Origin: a virus
IMG/VR virus record: IMGVR_UViG_3300032236_000548
Span: 32,001-96,000 of that record
DNA: 64,000 nt
Reading direction: 5' to 3' (one strand)
This document shows positions 57,121-64,000 of the stretch, one piece after another (within the stretch, counting starts at the first letter, position 1; each line of letters starts with the position of its first letter). The notes below the pieces were generated by a model. That model saw only the letters and a list, made by a program, of their open reading frames with translations. It was not told where the DNA came from and did no database searches. The translations under genes were made by a program, and so were the position numbers.

Positions 57121-58605
57121 ATGCCACCAGAATTAGATAATCAAGACCCAGAACTAGACGCACCAGAGATGGGCGCAGAAGATCCAGCAATGGGCGAGCC
57201 AGACGCTGAGCCAGAAATGGCTGAACCAACCGGTGATTCCGAAGTAATCGGACTACACGGTGATGAAGGCGACCGCGAAGGTGCAATGGCTAAAGCTGAT
57301 TTGTTTAAATTAGCTAACTATTCACACAAATTGTACCAACAATTGAATGACGAAGATCAATTAGAGTCATGGGTACAAGCAAAGATTACTAAAGCGGCTG
57401 ACTACATTGCGTCAGTATATCACTATTTAGAATATGAAATGAAGTTCAGCGAATATGGACATCATTTAGATAACAGCGACACATTGAGCGAATCACAAAA
57501 ACGTGCTCTTAAAAATCGCTTAATGGAGGCTAAAATGAGAATTAAAGAATTGAAACAAGCACAAGCAGAAAAAGTTACTATCGCAGAAGGTATTTTACGT
57601 GGCGGTGAACATGAGTGTGCTGAATGCGGTGGTACTGGTATTGTTCATATGCCTGGTATTGAGCCAAGCGAAAAAGCAAAACGTCTAGCTAAAAAGCATG
57701 ACACTTCTACTCGCGCACACTTTGCGGCTATGAAGCGTTTGCAAGCTGAAGGCGATGACGAAATGGAAGAAGGCTTTGAAGCAGGTGCTAAGGCTGGTTC
57801 AGAATTCAAAACAAAGACTGGTGTTGCTACAAAAACTCCAACAGGTTTAAAGCACACAAATACAAGTCATAGTGATGAAGAGCATGGCGAGCCACCAAGC
57901 AAAGTTAAAGCTCGTTCAGCGGCTGACAAAGCAGGCGAGAAAGCTCAAGACAAAGCTGACGAGAAAGAATCTAAAGCATGGGGCAAAGCTAATCCAGGTA
58001 AGCAACACATCTACAAAGATGGTAAGAAAGTTAACGAAGCCAAACTAAAAGGCAAGCAGACTAAGTTAGATGTTGATAAAGATGGCGACATTGAAGCAGA
58101 CGACCTAGCTGACTTACGTGCTGGCAAGAAGGCTAAGAAAGTTTCTGAGGCTGCTAAACCAAGTGCTGGTTTAAGCAAAGAGAAAAAATCTGCTGTAGTT
58201 AAGAAAGCCAAAGCTGGTGGAGACATTGGTAAGCCAGGTAAGAGCTTTGACAAAGTAGCTAAGGCTGCTGGTGGTGGTAAGAAAGGCGAGAAGATTGCCG
58301 CTGCCGCTATGTGGAAGAACATTAAAGAAACTACTGCATACCTAGCTGAAAAGAAAAAGAAAGAAAAAATGACTGATGAGAATTTAACAGTTGTTCCAAA
58401 TCCATCAGGTGCTAAGGATGCTGAAGAAGCTAAGAAATTAGGTGCCGCAATGCCTAAGCCAGCAGGTTCAGCAAAAGATCCAATCAGCGAATCAGCACGT
58501 TTACGTGAATTAACTGGACGTTTGAACCGTGCTGAAAGACCAGCATTAGTTGAAAATCGTGAAGTTGATCAAATCCGTGCATTGACACAACGTCTATTGG
58601 GATAA
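57121..58605 (+). CDS. modular charged protein, probably prohead core/internal
   Basis: Acidic N-terminus, CAECGGTG, EF-hand-like DVDKDGDIEADD and Lys-rich modules; TAAATA at 57089. Confidence 0.75.
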   Translation: MPPELDNQDPELDAPEMGAEDPAMGEPDAEPEMAEPTGDSEVIGLHGDEGDREGAMAKADLFKLANYSHKLYQQLNDEDQLESWVQAKITKAADYIASVYHYLEYEMKFSEYGHHLDNSDTLSESQKRALKNRLMEAKMRIKELKQAQAEKVTIAEGILRGGEHECAECGGTGIVHMPGIEPSEKAKRLAKKHDTSTRAHFAAMKRLQAEGDDEMEEGFEAGAKAGSEFKTKTGVATKTPTGLKHTNTSHSDEEHGEPPSKVKARSAADKAGEKAQDKADEKESKAWGKANPGKQHIYKDGKKVNEAKLKGKQTKLDVDKDGDIEADDLADLRAGKKAKKVSEAAKPSAGLSKEKKSAVVKKAKAGGDIGKPGKSFDKVAKAAGGGKKGEKIAAAAMWKNIKETTAYLAEKKKKEKMTDENLTVVPNPSGAKDAEEAKKLGAAMPKPAGSAKDPISESARLRELTGRLNRAERPALVENREVDQIRALTQRLLG

Positions 58606-58612
58606 TATTCCG

Positions 58613-59959
58613 ATGGACATGAAGCGCATACTACAGGCGATGGATGGTGTTGCTACAAAGCCTGTAGCAGGTGCTAATGACATGGCACGATTCTTACGTG
58701 CTGTTACAGAAGCCGATATCAATCAAGAAGTCGTTGAAGACGAAGTAATTGACAATGGAGATGGTTCTACTAGAACTAATCATCCAGACGGGACATATAC
58801 TATATCCGACGGTGGCGGTATCACAACATACGATGCCCAAGGAACTGTTATTAAACATAACAGTCCTAGCTTTGCTGGATATTCGCAATCAACAGATAGT
58901 AAAGGTCAAGTTACAAAAAACTTTAACCAAGGGCCTATGAGTATACAGCAAGGTCCACAAGGAACTACTGCTAACTATCAATTAGGAGATAAGAATTTAC
59001 AAACAACTGTTAAAGAAGACAGTTTAAGTAAATTCCTGTCAATTATCGATAAAAATAATGTTAGTATTCTTAACGAAGGTGCTAACCCGCATAAAGTCAG
59101 TTTGCCAGTACAAATGGCAATGCAACATTATCAAAAGCCACAAGAGCCTATTAAAACTGTAGGACGTAACAATACGTTTGGCAAATACTTCCACAAAGTA
59201 GAACAAGAAGTTAACGAAGCTGTTGCAGAAGAACAAGCACAAAAACGTCAACTAATTAATCAGTATGCTAGTGTTATTGCTGAACGTGTCTTAATGAAAG
59301 AAGCCGCTAATCCAGCACAACAGGCTGCTATTGCTATTTCTAAAAAGAAAGAACAACAAGCAGACGAAAGCCTTAAGTCAGACAATCCATGCTGGAAGGG
59401 ATATCATCCTGTAGGTACTAAGAAGAAGGGCGGGCGTACTGTTCCTAACTGTGTACCAACTAACGAAAATGAAATTCCAGGACATAGTATGGGATTTACC
59501 GGTGGAGTTGGTCCAGGCATTCAGAGTAGTGTTGCTGAAACTCCGTTAGAATTAGATCGCGATAATCCAATGGCTAGTATGGTACATAGTCATCAAGGTG
59601 CTAATCCTGGCAGTATTGAATATCGTATTATGCGAGCACGTCGTCAATTACAAGATTTGGCTAAACAAGCTGAAAGCGATAGTCCGCTAGTATGGCAACA
59701 CATTGCTAGATTATTTCCAGAACTAGCAATGAACATTGAGCAAATTAATCACGGACTTGGTGAATTAAAGAACATCCGTAGCAAAGGCGGAAAGAATAGC
59801 AAAAATATTCCTGCCTTAGAATCCGTATTGCCAACAATTAAACCAAAAACAATTAAACCAAAAGCAAAGACAAGCGTATGTAAAGCTGGTCAAGTGCAAA
59901 CTGGAATGCAAACAAAGGATGGTAAATCTGTGCCCAAGTGCTCAGTAACTAAGAAATAA
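58613..59959 (+). CDS. modular protein, probably an internal head protein
   Basis: MDMKRIL leader; two Cys-flanked motifs (CWKGY...VPNC and CKAG...VPKC); many hydrophobic-x-E sites. Confidence 0.72.
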   Translation: MDMKRILQAMDGVATKPVAGANDMARFLRAVTEADINQEVVEDEVIDNGDGSTRTNHPDGTYTISDGGGITTYDAQGTVIKHNSPSFAGYSQSTDSKGQVTKNFNQGPMSIQQGPQGTTANYQLGDKNLQTTVKEDSLSKFLSIIDKNNVSILNEGANPHKVSLPVQMAMQHYQKPQEPIKTVGRNNTFGKYFHKVEQEVNEAVAEEQAQKRQLINQYASVIAERVLMKEAANPAQQAAIAISKKKEQQADESLKSDNPCWKGYHPVGTKKKGGRTVPNCVPTNENEIPGHSMGFTGGVGPGIQSSVAETPLELDRDNPMASMVHSHQGANPGSIEYRIMRARRQLQDLAKQAESDSPLVWQHIARLFPELAMNIEQINHGLGELKNIRSKGGKNSKNIPALESVLPTIKPKTIKPKAKTSVCKAGQVQTGMQTKDGKSVPKCSVTKK

Positions 59960-59971
59960 CAGGAAGATGAT

Positions 59972-62578
59972 ATGAACTTAAGAGACTTAATGACTAAACT
60001 TGATACAATTTCAGAAGCAGATTCTACTGGCCGTATCGATTATAAAGCCAATCAAGCCCAAGATGCTAAAGAGAAGGCAATTGCCGATGTTAAACAAATG
60101 GCAAGTACACCGTTGAATAGCATTCCTCGTTTTGGTGTTGCTATTGATCCAAAAACTGGACAAATTTTCTACGGTGATGCTGGCGGAGAAACTGGTAACC
60201 CATCACCAAAAGGTTATCCATACAAGTGGATGCAACCAAACGGTCCAGCCGAAAGTGTTAGAGATGGCAATCGTATTCGTGCATCAGGTTTAGAAATTGT
60301 AGAAAAGAATGGTTATGCTTATGTCGATCCTACTAAACTTGCAACAATTGGTGACGGTGGTGGTGGCAAACCTGATAACAAACCAGTAGGTCCACAAGGT
60401 AAAGATACAAGTGCAGACGATGCCGCAAAGTTAGAAGCATTGACAAATCAATTAGATGCACTATTGCAAGGCGGTGGCGGTGGACAGCCTGTAACTCCAC
60501 ATCCTCATATTCCTCCAAAGATCGATCCTAAGACTGGAAAACCATTTAATTGGAAGGAACTTGCGGCCGCTGGTGCAGTAAGTGCGATGCCAGGAGCAAT
60601 GGTTGGCGGACTACCAGGTGCGGCTCTTACTGGTGCAACTGGCGCCGGTGTCGATGCATATCATCAACTACATAAAGAAGGTAAAGAATATAGTATTGCT
60701 CAAGCATTAGTTGAAAGTTTTGATTATCAATTAAATGAAAAGCAATCCTGGATGGGAGATATTCCAGGCGCTAACTATGATGCATCATTTGGTGTTAAAC
60801 AACCTGAAGCTCCTGTATACGATCCTAATCAAAAATATAGAGATGCATTAGCAAATCAAGATAAAGTAGCGGCTGAAAAGAAAGCCGCATCTGATGCTAG
60901 ATTAAAATCAATGATGCCCGAACCAACAGCACCTGCTACAACAGCTCCGGCTAAGACAGCTCCTAATTTTGGTGGCGGTCAAATGCAAGGTAACGTATCT
61001 AGTGTCAAATACGACGCACCAAACTTAACAAAAGTTGCACCGTCTAGTGCTGCCGCAGGTGCAGAAACAAAGATTGCTACCAGTTTAGAAAAAGCTGGTG
61101 TGCCAATTGCTAAAAATGCCGAACAAGCTGCCGCAACTGTTGCCGCTAAAGCTGGTACTAAAGCCGGTGGAAAGATTTTAAGTAAACTAATTCCTGGTGT
61201 TGGATTAGTTGTAGGTACTATCGATGCCGTTAAACGTGCTCAAGAAGGCGACTGGACTGGGGCCGCAATGGCAGGTGCTAGTGGTTTATTGAGTTTAGTA
61301 CCAGGTGTAGGTGGTGCAGTTGCTATGGGATTAGATGCCGCTAACATTGCACGTGACTACAAAGCTGGCAAATTTAGTTCCGACGGCGGCGCTGGTGGTG
61401 GTGGCGCACACGGTGGTTCTACTACCGGCGGTGATGCAAAACTAGTTCAATTACAAAAAATAATTGGAGCTAAACCAGATGGGTTGATGGGGCCGGAAAC
61501 TAGCGAAAAGCTAAAAGCATGGCAACAAAAGAATGGTATTAAAGTAGACGGTCAACCAGGCCCAGAAACTTATGGCAAAGCTGGTATTAAAGAAGAACAA
61601 GTTACTGTTGCAGAAAGTATCCGCAACATGCAACAACGTCTACAGTTAATTGAAACTAAAGCACAGATTAAACAAAAACTAGAACAACGCTATCACTTAG
61701 ACGAGTACTGCTACATGTACAATAGTCGTGGTGAGCAAATTACAGACTTAGTTGAAATTGCTGTTATTAACGAAGCATATGCAAACGGTGAAGTTGATAT
61801 CGACGAAGGTGTTTGGAGTGACTTGTTTAAGGGCGGAATGGAATACGGCGGTAAAGCTCTAAAAGGTATTAAAGACTTTACAGGTGCCGCAGTTAAAGGC
61901 GGCGCAAGTCCAGCGGCAGCAGAAAGATTAGCAGGACAGGCTGGTATTACTGGTGCTAAGAAAGCTGGTTTGAAAACTGGTGCGGCTATTGCTAAAAATC
62001 CAATTAAAGCAGCCTTAGGTGCTACAGCATTAGGCGCAGGTGCCGGTTTAGCATTAGGCGGCGGCAAACCTACAACTACTACAGACACCGGAGGTGGTGG
62101 CGGTGGTGGAGGTGGTGGCGGTGGTGGTGGAGGTGGTGGTTCACAAACCGGCACAACTGATACTCCAGCAACTCCTACTGATCCAAAGATCCAAGAGATT
62201 ATCAAGCAAATGAAAGAGTTAATGATGTCGCACGGTGATGAACCAAACCCAGCACCAATTTGGGTACAAGCAACATCACATGCTCAAGCAGTTATTGATA
62301 AAGCTGAACATGCTAGCAAAGAACAAACTGCTTCCGATGCCAAAGCTTCTCAAGCAGACAAGACTGCGGTAGCAGGTGCTACTCCAACAACTACTCCAGA
62401 TAGTGGTCAAGCTGGTAGCCCAGCTGGAACAACTGGTACTCCAAAATCAAATGCAGTTAATGTTAGTGGAGCGGCAGATATTCCAGGAGTCAAAAGCGAT
62501 AAACAAGATTCAACAGTGAAAGTTTATAAAGAAGATGATGAACTAGCTCGTTGGTTAAGAATCGCCCGCGGACAGTAA
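59972..62578 (+). CDS. large protein with a peptidoglycan-binding domain and Gly/Ala-rich hydrophobic helices
   Basis: LQ..IG..PDG.MGPET...LK.WQ..NG..VDG..GPET (PG_binding_1-like); MNLRDLMTKLDTISE leader; Gly17 linker. Confidence 0.78.
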   Translation: MNLRDLMTKLDTISEADSTGRIDYKANQAQDAKEKAIADVKQMASTPLNSIPRFGVAIDPKTGQIFYGDAGGETGNPSPKGYPYKWMQPNGPAESVRDGNRIRASGLEIVEKNGYAYVDPTKLATIGDGGGGKPDNKPVGPQGKDTSADDAAKLEALTNQLDALLQGGGGGQPVTPHPHIPPKIDPKTGKPFNWKELAAAGAVSAMPGAMVGGLPGAALTGATGAGVDAYHQLHKEGKEYSIAQALVESFDYQLNEKQSWMGDIPGANYDASFGVKQPEAPVYDPNQKYRDALANQDKVAAEKKAASDARLKSMMPEPTAPATTAPAKTAPNFGGGQMQGNVSSVKYDAPNLTKVAPSSAAAGAETKIATSLEKAGVPIAKNAEQAAATVAAKAGTKAGGKILSKLIPGVGLVVGTIDAVKRAQEGDWTGAAMAGASGLLSLVPGVGGAVAMGLDAANIARDYKAGKFSSDGGAGGGGAHGGSTTGGDAKLVQLQKIIGAKPDGLMGPETSEKLKAWQQKNGIKVDGQPGPETYGKAGIKEEQVTVAESIRNMQQRLQLIETKAQIKQKLEQRYHLDEYCYMYNSRGEQITDLVEIAVINEAYANGEVDIDEGVWSDLFKGGMEYGGKALKGIKDFTGAAVKGGASPAAAERLAGQAGITGAKKAGLKTGAAIAKNPIKAALGATALGAGAGLALGGGKPTTTTDTGGGGGGGGGGGGGGGGGSQTGTTDTPATPTDPKIQEIIKQMKELMMSHGDEPNPAPIWVQATSHAQAVIDKAEHASKEQTASDAKASQADKTAVAGATPTTTPDSGQAGSPAGTTGTPKSNAVNVSGAADIPGVKSDKQDSTVKVYKEDDELARWLRIARGQ
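62090..62140 (+). repeat. GGN microsatellite encoding Gly17
   Basis: 17 consecutive GGA/GGT/GGC codons. Confidence 0.9.
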
Positions 62579-62581
62579 AAT

Positions 62582-62607
62582 AAATGGCAGACTAGTTCTG
62601 CCATTTT
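62582..62607 (+). terminator. intrinsic terminator
   Basis: AAATGGCAGA-ctagt-TCTGCCATTTT directly after the 62578 stop. Confidence 0.8.
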
Positions 62608-62629
62608 CACCTCTAAAATTTCTTAAAGG

Positions 62630-62658
62630 TTGATTTTGTAAGATAAGTAGTTTATAAT
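62630..62658 (+). promoter_or_regulatory. sigma70 promoter
   Basis: TTGATT (62630-35), 17 nt, TATAAT (62653-58). Confidence 0.72.
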
Positions 62659-62680
62659 AGGCAAATAAAGGAGAATTAAT

Positions 62681-62938
62681 ATGGCAGGTCGTTCATACGG
62701 TGCAGAAGAAAAGGCAAAATTAGAGCGTTTGATTTCGGAAGGTAGTACAGTACTACGTGAAATTGAAGACTTATCAGAAGGCTTAAAAGAAACTGTTAAA
62801 GCAGTTGCAGAAGAACTACAGGTAAAACCTAGTGTTATTAATCGTGCTATTAAGATTGCTCATAAAGGCGATTGGAGTTCGCATAACGAAGACTGGGAAG
62901 AAATTGAAGCAATTTTGGATATCACCAAGCGTATCTAA
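62681..62938 (+). CDS. small dsDNA-binding protein (T4 DsbA/GapR-like)
   Basis: 85-aa helical protein (EIEDL.E.LKE.VK.VAEEL...P.VINRAIKIA); AAGGAG SD; family call by resemblance only. Confidence 0.55.
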   Translation: MAGRSYGAEEKAKLERLISEGSTVLREIEDLSEGLKETVKAVAEELQVKPSVINRAIKIAHKGDWSSHNEDWEEIEAILDITKRI

Positions 62939-63020
62939 TAAGTATTGCTAGGAAAGGTCGGCGGACCATAATCCGCACAAAGGGTATTTGCAAGCCTAAA
63001 ATTGCAATGGAGAAGAAACT

Positions 63021-64000
63021 ATGTCTTATGTAGACGCATGGTTTGACCGCGAGAACGACATCGTTAAAGTGGTTGAACGCAACAAGAAAGGCGATAGGGA
63101 ATTTAGAGACATTCCTGTACGCCATACATTTTATGTAAAAGACCCACGCGGCAAATTTCAATCAATCTATGGAGATGCACTAACACGCATTGTCTGTAAG
63201 AACACAAAAGAACTACGCAAAGAACAAGCCATTAACAGTGGCAAGGAAATGTTTGAATCAGACATTAATCCAATCTTTGTAACATTAAGTGAAAACTATC
63301 TTAATCAAGATGCTCCAAAATTAAATGTAGCATTTTTCGATATTGAGGTAGATTTCGATCCAGAGCGAGGCTATGCTAGTCCAGACGATGCATTTATGCC
63401 AATTACTGCGATTGCAATCTACCTACAATGGTTAGAGACTATGGTATGTTTAGCAATTCCGCCTAAAGGTTTAAAGATGGAAAATGCTAAGGAAATGGTT
63501 AAAGAATTTCCTAATACTATGTTGTTTGATAACGAAGCAGATTTACTAGATACGTTTTTAGATTTAATTAAAGACGCAGATATTATTAGTGGTTGGAATA
63601 GCGAAGGCTTCGATATCCCGTATACTACTAACCGCGTTACAAAAGTTTTAAGCAAAGAAGATACTAGACGTTTTTGTTTGTTTGATCAGTTTCCAAAAAA
63701 ACGTGAATACGAAAAGTTTGGTCGTCAAAGTACAACATACGATTATATCGGTCGTGTACACTTAGACTATCTAGAGCTATATCGTAAGTACACATATGAA
63801 GAACGCCATAGCTATCGACTAGATGCTATTGCCGAATATGAACTAGGCAAACGTAAAACACAATACGAAGGCACTTTGGATCAGTTATACAACAATGACT
63901 TTAAAACATTTGTTGAATACAACATCAATGACTGTAAACTGCTTGACGATTTAGACAAGAAGTTAAAGTTTATGGATCTTGCCAATACGCTGGCTCATGA
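63021..64000 (+). CDS. family B DNA polymerase (T4 gp43-like), 5' part, truncated by the window end
   Basis: Open from ATG 63021 to the end; ExoI FFDIEVD, ExoII GWNSEGFDIPY, HLDYLELY, SYRLDAI and ExoIII YNINDC; absent from the ORF track. Confidence 0.93.
   Translation, partial: MSYVDAWFDRENDIVKVVERNKKGDREFRDIPVRHTFYVKDPRGKFQSIYGDALTRIVCKNTKELRKEQAINSGKEMFESDINPIFVTLSENYLNQDAPKLNVAFFDIEVDFDPERGYASPDDAFMPITAIAIYLQWLETMVCLAIPPKGLKMENAKEMVKEFPNTMLFDNEADLLDTFLDLIKDADIISGWNSEGFDIPYTTNRVTKVLSKEDTRRFCLFDQFPKKREYEKFGRQSTTYDYIGRVHLDYLELYRKYTYEERHSYRLDAIAEYELGKRKTQYEGTLDQLYNNDFKTFVEYNINDCKLLDDLDKKLKFMDLANTLAH

Noticed and set aside
59833-59863. 15-bp tandem duplication encoding TIKPK twice
   Set aside because: Only two copies, in a low-complexity linker, with no sign of a functional array
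61711-62205. Minus-strand ORF with a poly-Pro run
   Set aside because: It is the reverse complement of the Gly17 linker in the 59972 gene
94-63655. Numerous 60-200 aa ORFs antisense to, or out of frame within, long genes (e.g. 1734..2264, 6553..7173, 47630..48169)
   Set aside because: They are shadows of real genes with biased codon usage, and have no SD, promoter or recognisable motif
1-64000. Stop-codon reassignment, as found in some large phages
   Set aside because: Genes are full length and tightly packed in the standard code, and both TGA and TAG occur as apparent stops (e.g. 5533 on +, 12040 on -)
1-64000. CRISPR array, tRNA or rRNA genes
   Set aside because: Intergenic gaps are short, and none shows spaced direct repeats or a cloverleaf with a T-loop consensus

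Overview
This window is part of a large T4-like (myovirus, probably jumbo) bacteriophage genome. It is AT-rich, densely coding and almost entirely on the + strand, and it reads in the standard genetic code. No tRNA, rRNA, CRISPR array, integrase or transposase was seen. From left to right it holds: an ATP-dependent DNA ligase; a radical-SAM cluster; queD behind a consensus sigma70 promoter and a preQ1-I-like pseudoknot leader; UvsE, SOD and an IscA/ErpA protein; a ~29 kb block of baseplate and tail-fibre genes, including a 4655-aa giant; a stand-alone DnaE fragment; GroES, a clamp-loader subunit and PhoH; a Gram-negative-type lysis cassette (GH19 endolysin, two spanins, holin); DnaJ, peptide deformylase and ClpA; a ~10 kb late block of probable head-packaged proteins; and the 5' end of a family-B DNA polymerase that the ORF track missed. 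The host is probably a proteobacterium (spanins, ClpA, ErpA-like protein); this is inference. The best candidates for new biology are: (1) a capsid-cargo locus whose proteins share an N-terminal M-x-(I/L)-x-(E/D/Q)-L...E leader and include a ligase-fold enzyme next to an HxGH nucleotidyltransferase; (2) a phage-encoded preQ1-I-like riboswitch candidate upstream of queD; (3) phycobiliprotein-like C-x-R-D helical repeats in the giant virion protein; (4) a DnaE piece that ends just before the catalytic aspartates; (5) sigma70 promoter elements embedded in palindromes. All family assignments come from motifs recognised by eye; no database searches were run.
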